A stretch of 28,140 nt of DNA, from IMG/VR virus record IMGVR_UViG_3300025277_000115, positions 1-28,140 of that record. One strand, written 5' to 3'. Shown here one piece after another: positions 1 to 8,769 of this stretch (position 1 is its first letter; each line of letters opens with the position of its first letter). Source of the DNA: a virus. Taxonomy: Duplodnaviria > Caudoviricetes. A program made the position numbers and the translations under genes. Under the pieces are notes generated by a model. That model did no database searches and was not told the DNA's origin. It saw nothing but the letters and a program-made list of their open reading frames with translations.

Positions 1-1
1 C

Positions 2-202
2 TACCACAATGCCTTCGTGGGTGGGGCGGTGTTCAGTCTCCATCTCAAGGCGTTGGCAGTCGATTTGTCGATAGTGGGACAGGATAAGAAGTTGATAAAA
101 CAGATTGCCAAGGAAGAGGACTTTACTGGTTTTGGGTACTACAGGACGTTTCTACATGTTGACTTAGGTAGAAAGCGAGAGTGGGGGAAGTGGGATGCTT
201 GA
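2..202 (+). CDS. Peptidase M15 (D-Ala-D-Ala carboxypeptidase-like Zn peptidase) endolysin, 5' partial
   Basis: Frame is open from the window edge: YHNAFVGGAVFSLHLKALAVD...GFGYYRTFLHVD matches the M15 pattern HNxxVGGAxxSxHxxxxAxD...GxGxYxxFxHxD. Adjacent to a holin-like gene. Confidence 0.88.
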   Translation, partial: YHNAFVGGAVFSLHLKALAVDLSIVGQDKKLIKQIAKEEDFTGFGYYRTFLHVDLGRKREWGKWDA

Positions 203-650
203 ATTATTAGGAACGGTTTTAACTGGCGGTGCAACAGGGATTGTAGGTTCAATCATAGGAAAGGCGTTTTCTTTCCTCGACTACTGGGTTGAGGAAAAGA
301 AGGCTGACCATGAGCATGAACGAACAATTGCGCTTCTTGAGTTACAGAATAAGTTCGGCGCGGAGGAGAGTGAGAGAGAAATGGCAATCGCGCAATCTAA
401 GATTGATGCTGACTCCCGCATGGCATCCTACAACCACGACAGCATGGCTGGTACAGGTTCTCTCTGGGTCGTTGACTTGCTACGTCTTGTGCGTCCTGTG
501 CTTACTTTTAGTCTCATTGTTTTAGTGGGGATGCTTTATTTCTCTTCTGATGCAGGGGGTAAGGCTACCATTGAAGCTTCTGTGATATTCATGTGCTCGT
601 CAGCCGTTTTATGGTGGTTTGGCGACAGAGCCCTCAGGAAGAAAACATAG
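195..650 (+). CDS. Putative holin (resembles the 3-TM GTA-type holin family)
   Basis: N-terminal Gly-rich hydrophobic segment, coiled region, VRPVLT motif, two C-terminal TM helices ending WWFGDR plus a basic tail. Overlaps the endolysin stop. Confidence 0.7.
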   Translation: MLELLGTVLTGGATGIVGSIIGKAFSFLDYWVEEKKADHEHERTIALLELQNKFGAEESEREMAIAQSKIDADSRMASYNHDSMAGTGSLWVVDLLRLVRPVLTFSLIVLVGMLYFSSDAGGKATIEASVIFMCSSAVLWWFGDRALRKKT

Positions 651-659
651 GAGATTACT

Positions 660-785
660 ATGACTTGGAAAACAATTAGATCGAATCTCAAGTTTGTTAT
701 CAACAACAAGCCAGTTATAGCGGGAATCCTGCTTGGTGTAGGCTTCGTTGTTGGGTATTACGTTAAGTTGCTGGCTTGTTCTTAA
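660..785 (+). CDS. 41-aa single-TM membrane protein (not in ORF track)
   Basis: AGGAG at 649-653, ATG 660, TAA 783-785. Translation MTWKTIRSNLKFVINNKPVIAGILLGVGFVVGYYVKLLACS. Fills the gap between the holin and the tail gene. Confidence 0.7.
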   Translation: MTWKTIRSNLKFVINNKPVIAGILLGVGFVVGYYVKLLACS

Positions 786-809
786 GGTTTACGAAATTGG
801 GGTAACGTC

Positions 810-3419
810 GTGGCCGCGGTTAAGCTACAAAAGTTTCTAGGTGCTGCTCCCAAGGTCTCTGATGAGCTCTTGCCGGACGGTGCTGCCCAGACCGCGAACA
901 ATGTACAACTATATTCTGGTGACCTCTTACCTTACCCCGAAGCCTTTGCTTCCGATAACATCCCCCGTATCGGGACAATTAAAACCATCTTCGGTATCCG
1001 CAACCCGAGTACTAATGCGTTAGAGTGGCTGTCGTGGCTAAACGATGTAGATATCGTAACTATCTCCGACTCGAATGATGATGAGCTGCGGTTCTATTAC
1101 ACTGGTGATGGGGTACCTAAGGTCACGACTCATGCTCTGGCTACTAACGGGTCCGAGCCTTACCCGGTGAGCAGCGGGTACTATGATCTCGGTCTACCTC
1201 TTCCGACTACAACGGCCACAGCTACTGCCGTGGCGTTTACGTCGGCTACTTCGGCTAAGTTTGAACGTGACTCTGGTAATACCGCGATCATCACAACGGC
1301 TGCGGCGCATGGGTTCAGGTCTGGACAAATTGTTACAGTACGTAATTTTTCGACGTCGCCTTCAGATGAACTCAATGTGACCAACACCCGGATCACTGTA
1401 ACAAGTACCACTACGTTTGAGTATTTCAACGCGGGGGCCACTGTTGCTGAAACATCTAATACCGAAGCTACGATTGATTTGGCTGGTGGTACAATAACAC
1501 GCGATTATGTCTATACCTGGTACACCCCATGGGATGAGGAATCTATCGCTGCTGCTCCTTCGGATACATTGTTTATAAAGGAAGGGCAGAGCGTAGTTCT
1601 TACGGCCCTCCCAACTGCGGCCCCCGTTGGGGATAACTTTATAACTGCTATGCGGCTTTATCGTACTCTGACCTCGTCGTCTGGTACTGAGTTCTTCCGG
1701 CTGTCTACTTTGTATTTCCCCGCAGCGACAACTAGGGTTTCCCTCACATCCAATGTAGCGACTGTGACTATGGCTGTTGAGCACTCACTTATTGTGGGTG
1801 ACAGGTTTAAGTTATCGGGGTGCACGGATAGTGTTTTTAATATCATTGACGGTATCGTCACGGTGGTCGTTAGTGACACTAAATTCAGTTATGCCGTGAC
1901 TAACGCCAATATAACTGAGAAAGCCGATACCACGGGTAAACTTTATCATGATGCGTCCGAGGTACCGGCTGATGACCCGCCTATGTACTGGGGAGATGTT
2001 ATTGCAACATCTGTAAGAGTGCGTACTTCTAACGTATCTACCATGACGACGGCGGTAAATCATGATCTGCTTTCTAATCAGGTCGTTGCTATCGCAGGAA
2101 TGACTGATACGTCGTTTAATGAAACCGCCGTTGCCGTTACCGTCACAGGGGCTACTACATTCACTTACCCCAATACGGGCAGTAACGCGGTAAGTGCGTC
2201 CGATACTGGTGGTACTGTTACCAATTACAGTTTCCTCGACAACTTCGATTTCTTGAACCTCGTTGATCTACTTGTCACTGATGAATATGCCGCGCCCAAC
2301 TCGGCCATGGCGGGGATTGTGGAGTTACAGAATAACCTTATCGCGGGGTTTTTCGGTAACCAATTAGCCTTTGCCGAGCCCGGTAAGCCATGGGCATGGC
2401 CTGTGAAGTACCGGCGTACCTTCGAGTATGATATTGTAGCCTTGGTTGCTGTTGGTGGGTTCCTCCTAGTCCTTACCGAGGAATTTGCTTACCGCGTATC
2501 CGGATCAGACCCAGCCACGTTGGCCGTAGCTCGTATTGATAACCCATATCCCTGCTTATCCAAGAGGTCCGTGGTCAATATGGGTTATGGTGCGGTGTTC
2601 GCCACTTATGGTGGGCTCGCACTCTGGGCTCCTGCTACAGGTATGACTTTCGTGACTGAGTTTGTCCATGAGTTCGATACGTTTGACAGCACCCTCGACC
2701 CCAGCACGGTGGTTGGGCACTTCTTCAATGATAAATACTACGCATCATATGACACCGGGGCGTTCATCTTCGAGCGTGATGTGAAGATTGGTGGATTTTA
2801 CGTTACTACTGGGCACAAGTTTAACAGCGCGTGGACTGATCCCAGCACGGGTATCATGTATACGTCGTCTGATACTCTTGGGAATATCAATCAGTGGGGG
2901 AACGACGCTAATATCTTAGGCCCGTACGAGTGGAAATCTAAAGTTATTGTTACGAAGGACTACATCAACGTAGGTGCGGCACGGGTTGTCGCGGATTACA
3001 CAATAACTGCTGAAGACTCCGCAGCTTACACGGCCTATAACTTGGCGGTTGCTGCGTATAATACGGCTGTATGGGCTGATAGCGGGCAGTTAGGTAGTAT
3101 TAATGGGCCGACTGACTATGTCGGTAGTGATGGTGTGACGGTCAATAATTTTGCTTCATTTAATACTGGTATAGTAAATGGGCCGGGAACACCACTTGGT
3201 TTAGTCCGATCACAACGTACTGCACCTTCTGCGTACATATTAATTTTTAAATTATCACAAAATAAAACACTAGTGTTCACTAAAGCTGTTGCGGATAGCG
3301 AGATTTTCCGTTGCCCTGTTGGGTATAAATCCGATACATTCGAGGTATCCGTTTCTGGCGTTGGCCGTACCCGGTCTATACATATCGGTGAGACGCCAGA
3401 TGGATTAAGGGCGGCATAA
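810..3419 (+). CDS. Virion structural protein, probable tail nozzle/tubular protein B-like, with three inserted beta-rich repeats
   Basis: 869 aa, GTG start. N-terminus FLGAAPKVSDELLPDGAAQTANNV and propeller-like blades (NQLAFAEPGKPWAWP, IVALVAVGGFLLVLT, PCLSKRSVV) resemble podovirus tail proteins. Lies upstream of GNAT and ejection genes. Confidence 0.65.
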   Translation: MAAVKLQKFLGAAPKVSDELLPDGAAQTANNVQLYSGDLLPYPEAFASDNIPRIGTIKTIFGIRNPSTNALEWLSWLNDVDIVTISDSNDDELRFYYTGDGVPKVTTHALATNGSEPYPVSSGYYDLGLPLPTTTATATAVAFTSATSAKFERDSGNTAIITTAAAHGFRSGQIVTVRNFSTSPSDELNVTNTRITVTSTTTFEYFNAGATVAETSNTEATIDLAGGTITRDYVYTWYTPWDEESIAAAPSDTLFIKEGQSVVLTALPTAAPVGDNFITAMRLYRTLTSSSGTEFFRLSTLYFPAATTRVSLTSNVATVTMAVEHSLIVGDRFKLSGCTDSVFNIIDGIVTVVVSDTKFSYAVTNANITEKADTTGKLYHDASEVPADDPPMYWGDVIATSVRVRTSNVSTMTTAVNHDLLSNQVVAIAGMTDTSFNETAVAVTVTGATTFTYPNTGSNAVSASDTGGTVTNYSFLDNFDFLNLVDLLVTDEYAAPNSAMAGIVELQNNLIAGFFGNQLAFAEPGKPWAWPVKYRRTFEYDIVALVAVGGFLLVLTEEFAYRVSGSDPATLAVARIDNPYPCLSKRSVVNMGYGAVFATYGGLALWAPATGMTFVTEFVHEFDTFDSTLDPSTVVGHFFNDKYYASYDTGAFIFERDVKIGGFYVTTGHKFNSAWTDPSTGIMYTSSDTLGNINQWGNDANILGPYEWKSKVIVTKDYINVGAARVVADYTITAEDSAAYTAYNLAVAAYNTAVWADSGQLGSINGPTDYVGSDGVTVNNFASFNTGIVNGPGTPLGLVRSQRTAPSAYILIFKLSQNKTLVFTKAVADSEIFRCPVGYKSDTFEVSVSGVGRTRSIHIGETPDGLRAA

Positions 3420-3781
3420 TGGCACGTTTTGTAGCAACTCCTCAGGTCCCTACTACTGGTGTTCCTGAGATACAGGCTAATCTTTTTAGCGCGCTGAAAG
3501 AGAACGTAGAACTTTTAACCGCAACGCGAGGAGAATCTGATCTTATAAGCAAAGCGTTAATTCGTGGTGATGTGACAGTTAAACAGGTAGGAACGCAGGA
3601 TATGGTTTCCGTTCAAAACATTAGCCCAGATGGATTCACTGGTCCCCATGTAGATGCTAACCAGATAGCTAGTTTAGCTGCTTTTCGTGCGCTGCAACAA
3701 GATGTGCAGGCACTTGCGGATGACTTATTTCGTACAAGGCAAGCCCTTGATCTGTTAATTGCGAATTTTGGAGGACGCTAA
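3419..3781 (+). CDS. Hypothetical virion-associated protein (120 aa, C-terminal coiled coil)
   Basis: TAATG overlap with the upstream gene. Heptad-like LQQDVQALADDLFRTRQALDLL. Confidence 0.75.
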   Translation: MARFVATPQVPTTGVPEIQANLFSALKENVELLTATRGESDLISKALIRGDVTVKQVGTQDMVSVQNISPDGFTGPHVDANQIASLAAFRALQQDVQALADDLFRTRQALDLLIANFGGR

Positions 3782-3782
3782 T

Positions 3783-4535
3783 ATGGTTGATGATAACGAT
3801 TTTGACATTACAGAACTTGTTGAGATAGCGACGAACCCAGCTTATGATTATCCTGAGCCTGGTATCTCTGCTCCAGACGTAGCATCAAGTGAACCCGTGT
3901 TTCAACCGCAATTTCAACAGGGCGGCATGGTTCAAGGACAGCAACAACCGTTACCCCCGCAGGCTGCAGGGGTTAATCCTGCTGGGAATGATACCCCCAT
4001 CCCTGCGCAGCAACTGGATGCCGAGGCTCAACGTGTTATTAGTCAGGCCCCAGAGCAGTTTCTTGAGCTTAAGCAAGCAGTCGAGCAGGCTGTGGCTAAT
4101 GGCGAGATTACCATGGAGGAGCTTAATCTGGCAGGGCAGTTGGCTACCGCAGCCGCTCAGAACCCCCAACTTTGGCCACAACTCCGCCAATTTGCTATCC
4201 AGAAGGGACTTGCTGAAGAGAATGAGTTACCACAGGAATACGACCAAGGGTTAGTTTTTGCCTTGATCCTCGCTACAAAGGCCATACAGGGCGGTGGGCC
4301 GCAGGCACAGGGTCAACCCCCACAAGCAGTCGGAGGTGCGCCTCAGACGCAAGGACAGGTCCCTCAGGCCGCTCTTAGGACAGGAGGGGAAGTACCTAGT
4401 AGCCGTAATCAGGACGGCAGTGTAGCGATTACCGCTCATGACGGCGAGTTTGTGATACCAGAACGTGTTGTGCGGGAGAAAGGCACAGATTTCTTTAACA
4501 AAATGATCGAGCCAAAAGATGCCAAAACCGCTTAA
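3783..4535 (+). CDS. Gln/Pro-rich hypothetical virion protein (250 aa) with C-terminal GGxV...GEFVIP motif
   Basis: GGAGG at 3770-3774 supports ATG 3783 over 3759. C-terminal LRTGGEVP...AITAHDGEFVIPERVV...GTDFFNKM resembles a motif I recall from phage tape-measure and internal proteins. Confidence 0.75.
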   Translation: MVDDNDFDITELVEIATNPAYDYPEPGISAPDVASSEPVFQPQFQQGGMVQGQQQPLPPQAAGVNPAGNDTPIPAQQLDAEAQRVISQAPEQFLELKQAVEQAVANGEITMEELNLAGQLATAAAQNPQLWPQLRQFAIQKGLAEENELPQEYDQGLVFALILATKAIQGGGPQAQGQPPQAVGGAPQTQGQVPQAALRTGGEVPSSRNQDGSVAITAHDGEFVIPERVVREKGTDFFNKMIEPKDAKTA

Positions 4536-5013
4536 GCTTGTAGAACCTGTTGAGAAGCCTGATCCTATCAAGGATTACGAGCCCCTGTTTCTGTCTTCCA
4601 CAAGCATACTCGATATTTATTGGGGGCAGACATGTGAGGCGTTGGCTTCGTGTCTTGCTGACGACATGTATGGCGAGATGACGCTTGACGATATTTACAA
4701 CCGTATCAAGGCGGGGCAGATGTATTGCCTTGTTTTTAAGAATGATGAAGGTGAGTTACCTGATGTAGTTCTTGCGATGATCTTGGAACTCATAATATAC
4801 CCACGACTTACCGTACTGAATATCACTGCAATTGGTGGGCGGGAGCTTAGTTTAATGAGAGATAAGTTTTGGAAACACATTTGCAGTTGGGCGTATATGA
4901 ATGGTGTTCGGCATATACAGGCATCTGTAACCCCCGCTATGGCTCGTATGCTTAAGTCATATGGGTTCAAACCAATTCACCAGACTCTCAGGATGAATCT
5001 GACGGAGATGTAA
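4519..5013 (+). CDS. GNAT-fold (acetyltransferase-like) virion morphogenesis protein
   Basis: 164 aa. LNITAIGG...WAYMNGVRHIQA...MARMLKSYGF resembles the C-terminal GNAT pattern. Sits between tail and ejection genes, as T7 gp13-like genes do. Confidence 0.6.
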   Translation: MPKPLKLVEPVEKPDPIKDYEPLFLSSTSILDIYWGQTCEALASCLADDMYGEMTLDDIYNRIKAGQMYCLVFKNDEGELPDVVLAMILELIIYPRLTVLNITAIGGRELSLMRDKFWKHICSWAYMNGVRHIQASVTPAMARMLKSYGFKPIHQTLRMNLTEM

Positions 5014-5014
5014 T

Positions 5015-6592
5015 ATGATCTATGTACCCCCCTTACATGCGGAGTTAATGAGCACTACCGCGCTGACACCTACTCACCATAAAAGTGCGGTCCGTACTGT
5101 TGCTACTATTGCAGTTGCTATAGCTATTCCGGCTGTTGCTCCTAGTATTGCTACTTCTATTGGGCTATCAACCGCTCTCGGCGGTGGCGTTCTCGGTAGC
5201 ACTCTCGGTAGCGCTGTTGTTGGTACTGCTCTCGGTGCGCTCGCTGCTAAAGTCACAGGGCAACCCGTCTTGCAAGGTGCTCTCGGCGGGGCTTTCGTTG
5301 GCGGTGTTGGGGGGTTTGCGGACGCTGGCGGGTTTAGCGGACTATTTGGTGGCCCCCCAACCGGCGCGGCGGCAGTCTCGCCCTTACCTAATATACCAAC
5401 TGCCCAGCTTGCAGGTGCTCCTATTACTACAGGCCAGGGACTGATTTCGGGGGGTCAGGGGTTTGCTGGTCTTGGTGTATCACCGGGTGCTGTTGGTGCT
5501 GCGGCCCCTGGCGGGTTTACTCTAGGTGCTGCGCCTTCTACTACTTTTAATCCAATCACTGAATCCTTTGTGTACAATCCTGGTGGAGGAGGGGGTTCTC
5601 CAGTTGCTCCACTTGGGAGTACTCTAGGGGGCGGCGGCGGACCAGAAGTCATTCAGGCTAGCTTCCCCACGGTGCGGCCGCCTATTGGTGGTGTACCCCA
5701 ACCAGGTGTAAGTAGCGGGATTAACCTAGGGGGAGGGGGTACGAGTGCTCCCAGGCCAGGGTATTGGAGTGATCCCATTGGGCAATTGAGAAGTGCTGCC
5801 CAGACCGCCGCTCCTGCATCTGGGGCTGTAAGGCCATTGGTTGCTCCTGGAGCCCCTGGTGGGTTCCAGTTATCTCCTGTGCTTAACGCGGCAGGCACAC
5901 AGATTGCACCTCCGCCTCAAACTAGCTTCTTAGCTGACTTAGGAAAGAATGTAACCGCTGGTGTCAAGAAAGCGTTTGATCCCGCGAACCTCGCACAAAA
6001 AGGTGTTGAGGCCGCTGGTCAGCTTGGCCTTAGCAAGGCAGCCGAGTATTTTGCTGATGATGTGCCTGAGGAAATGTCCCCTGACGAGGAAGCGTTTCTT
6101 AGGCAGCAGCGTGCGCAGCAAGGTAGGTTACTGGGAGAGCAGGAGAAGATTGCTCTTCAGCTTGCAAACGAGGCTCGTAGCGTTCCTGTGAGTGGGCAAG
6201 CTGAGTCCAACAGAGCAAAAATTGCTGCTGCTCGCGCCGGGCAGACGTATATTCGTCAGGGTTCGCAAGCACCTGCCGCAGTAGCCGCCAGACGGCGGCA
6301 AGTTGCTCTTGCTGCTGCTAGGCGCGGTGGGACGGCACAGATACAAGGGAGAACGGGTGGTCTGGCAAGGAGAGCCGACTTCCTCACTGCGGCTGCCGGT
6401 ACTCTCCCCACCGGACAAGAATTAGCCTCAGGCGCAGCGGCTGATCTCGCGGCTGCAGATAAGGCCTTCCTACGCCGGGAGAAGGCACTACAAGAACAAC
6501 GGCAAAACTTTGCTGCTGTCTTCGGTGGTCTATTACCCGCTGGTGAAGACACAGACGAAGAGATTGAGGAAGCGCAAGCTAGGAGAACGTAA
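5015..6592 (+). CDS. Internal virion / DNA ejection (pilot-like) protein
   Basis: 525 aa. N-terminal Gly/Ala-rich hydrophobic helices, Pro/Gly low-complexity middle, Ala/Gln/Arg helical C-terminus. First of the ejection-type cluster. Confidence 0.6.
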   Translation: MIYVPPLHAELMSTTALTPTHHKSAVRTVATIAVAIAIPAVAPSIATSIGLSTALGGGVLGSTLGSAVVGTALGALAAKVTGQPVLQGALGGAFVGGVGGFADAGGFSGLFGGPPTGAAAVSPLPNIPTAQLAGAPITTGQGLISGGQGFAGLGVSPGAVGAAAPGGFTLGAAPSTTFNPITESFVYNPGGGGGSPVAPLGSTLGGGGGPEVIQASFPTVRPPIGGVPQPGVSSGINLGGGGTSAPRPGYWSDPIGQLRSAAQTAAPASGAVRPLVAPGAPGGFQLSPVLNAAGTQIAPPPQTSFLADLGKNVTAGVKKAFDPANLAQKGVEAAGQLGLSKAAEYFADDVPEEMSPDEEAFLRQQRAQQGRLLGEQEKIALQLANEARSVPVSGQAESNRAKIAAARAGQTYIRQGSQAPAAVAARRRQVALAAARRGGTAQIQGRTGGLARRADFLTAAAGTLPTGQELASGAAADLAAADKAFLRREKALQEQRQNFAAVFGGLLPAGEDTDEEIEEAQARRT

Positions 6593-8769
6593 TGGCTTTT
6601 GTATTCGGTAGCGAAGACTTCCGGCGGATCAGTGAAGACCGGCGATTACGTGAGGCAGCAACTGACCGCATCAATACCCGTAAACGTGCCCTGCTGGATG
6701 AACAGCAGCGTTCCCGGGCACCGGTTGTTCCTACTGGGCGTAAGGAAGAACTGATCTTCAATCAGGTTGGGCCGACTGCTGCTGAACAAGAAGCTGCAGC
6801 GCGACAAGAAGCTCTTCAGCGGCAGCAGGCTCTTGAGCTTGGAGCCTTTGGCCCCGTAGACGATAGCGGTGATCGTCCGGGTACGGATCGTGGGCCTACT
6901 TCTCCTTATGTTGGGGTTACTCCACAGCCGCCATCGCGTGTTGGTACACGGCAGACACCGGGTATCACGCAGAGAGCTGAATTAGTAGACCCTGATATTA
7001 GTCGCTTTATGCAATTCTTTAGCCCGAGTGGTGGAATCTATCAGTTTCAGAGCCGCTTAAATAAGGTTGAGCAACAGTTATTAGAAGACACAGGTGGTCT
7101 CTCTTCGGTAGGGATAGGACTTTTTGGTAGGAAACCAGCGCGTGAGGCGTTAGCTGAGCGCCAGAAGATTTTGCAGTTCTTTAGGCAGAACAAGGATTTC
7201 TTCCGGGCTAATCCAAATGAGATTATTGCACTCGAAGCTAATCCTACTGAATATATTAAATCACGTATGACCGGTGGTCTAACTCCTGCTGCTCCTGCTC
7301 CCGCTGCTCCCGCTCCTGGTGTCGTCACTACTACTGCTCCTCCTCCCACTGCTGCCCCTGTTCTCTCCGCAGCAGATCGCGCTATGAAGCATGACGCCAT
7401 TACATACCTAGAAAGCACGAACGGTACGAATATCCCCAAGTGGACTAAGAAGCAGACTTCTTCGGGTGTATACGGGGCAACCGATGGCACTGCTACGGGC
7501 CACGGTATCCAAGGTGTGTATGTTGCTAAGTTACAGGGGCTCACTCCTGGTTCCCCCGAGTTTAACGCCGAGAAGGACAAAGCGGCTGCGAGCCTGTTCG
7601 ACCATTATTTAGGTTTGTACCCCACTGATCCTGCGCGTGTGGCTATGTCGTATCGCTTCGGTAAATCTGCTGGTTTGCCTAAGAATTGGGATGGCTCTGA
7701 CGCGGGTATAAGAGCCCGCGCTAAAAGAGTTAAGGGTGTAGACCCTGATAAGGCCGTTAACTATGTACAGACGTATGTACAGAGACAGTCAGGTGGGGTT
7801 GCTACCGCTCCTGCTCCCACTGCTGCTCCCACTGCTGCTCCCACTGCTGCTCCCACTGCTGCTCCCGTTAGCGCGGCTGTACCCGTTACCCGGACAATTA
7901 TAGCAAATAACAAGAATAATCCCATTGAGGCTAAGGATCAGCCTATACCCACGAAGGGTGCGAGCCTAGCTAAGCAGCTTGCTACCAAGGCTCCATCTAA
8001 GGTTAAAGACTTACCATTCAATATGCCGTTCAATTTCCGTGCAGCGGAGCTCAATACTCTCCTAGCGACAAGGGAGCACCTGAGACGTACTGCGTATATT
8101 ACCGGCGGTAGCCCAGCCAGTGCGGCGTACATCCAAGCTCGGGCTGACCTTACTATGAACAAAGATGCCATTGAGCATACATCTAGGATGCAAGCTCTCT
8201 TTATGATGCAGACTCATAACGACCCCCGTATGTGGAATGAGTTAGCTGCTAGGGAGTTCCCGGGGCGGAATGTTCGCATCAGCCCTAACTCTGACGGCAC
8301 GTTCCGTGTCGAAGGTGATGGTAAGATCATTGGTGATCGTGTCAATAAAGTGAAACTCATCACGGGTTTGCGTACGAGTTACTCCCAAGCATTCCACAAG
8401 AGACTTGAAGACGCTAAGGTCGCGGCGATTACGAAACGCGATGAAAAAATGGCAGAAGCGCAAATATTGATACTCGGAGAGACGTTGAAGGGTATGAATG
8501 AGGTGCGCAAGCAGCAGCTTATCCTCCAAGGTAAGATGTTCACAGACGACCAGGGCAATACAATCGGTTTCGATGAGAATAATAATCGGGTTCTGCTTGA
8601 GATAAGCGAAGGTAAAGGGTTGGGCGAAGACAGTGAACCTATAACCACGATTAGGGAAAGGCGTGTTATTAAAACGGACCCGAAAGGGCTAACTACTTCT
8701 GATGCGGCAAAGGCAGCGGGGGTCAATTCCCTGCTCGGTTCATTCTTCGATAGCTTTATCCCAAAATAA
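6592..8769 (+). CDS. Internal virion protein with divergent lytic transglycosylase (SLT/lysozyme-like) domain
   Basis: 725 aa, TAATG coupling. AITYLES (putative catalytic Glu274), SSGVYG..TA, YL, VAMSYRFG and NYV follow the SLT motif order. Pro/Ala linkers flank the domain. Confidence 0.6.
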   Translation: MAFVFGSEDFRRISEDRRLREAATDRINTRKRALLDEQQRSRAPVVPTGRKEELIFNQVGPTAAEQEAAARQEALQRQQALELGAFGPVDDSGDRPGTDRGPTSPYVGVTPQPPSRVGTRQTPGITQRAELVDPDISRFMQFFSPSGGIYQFQSRLNKVEQQLLEDTGGLSSVGIGLFGRKPAREALAERQKILQFFRQNKDFFRANPNEIIALEANPTEYIKSRMTGGLTPAAPAPAAPAPGVVTTTAPPPTAAPVLSAADRAMKHDAITYLESTNGTNIPKWTKKQTSSGVYGATDGTATGHGIQGVYVAKLQGLTPGSPEFNAEKDKAAASLFDHYLGLYPTDPARVAMSYRFGKSAGLPKNWDGSDAGIRARAKRVKGVDPDKAVNYVQTYVQRQSGGVATAPAPTAAPTAAPTAAPTAAPVSAAVPVTRTIIANNKNNPIEAKDQPIPTKGASLAKQLATKAPSKVKDLPFNMPFNFRAAELNTLLATREHLRRTAYITGGSPASAAYIQARADLTMNKDAIEHTSRMQALFMMQTHNDPRMWNELAAREFPGRNVRISPNSDGTFRVEGDGKIIGDRVNKVKLITGLRTSYSQAFHKRLEDAKVAAITKRDEKMAEAQILILGETLKGMNEVRKQQLILQGKMFTDDQGNTIGFDENNNRVLLEISEGKGLGEDSEPITTIRERRVIKTDPKGLTTSDAAKAAGVNSLLGSFFDSFIPK
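7813..7866 (+). repeat. Perfect 12-bp tandem repeat (GCTCCCACTGCT) x4.5 encoding (APTA)n
   Basis: Read directly: units start at 7813, 7825, 7837, 7849, with a half unit at 7861. Confidence 0.95.

Noticed and set aside
3232-3275. AT-rich patch as origin or promoter
   Set aside because: It is short, lies inside the tail gene encoding YILIFKLSQNKT, and has no iterons or convincing -35/-10 pair.
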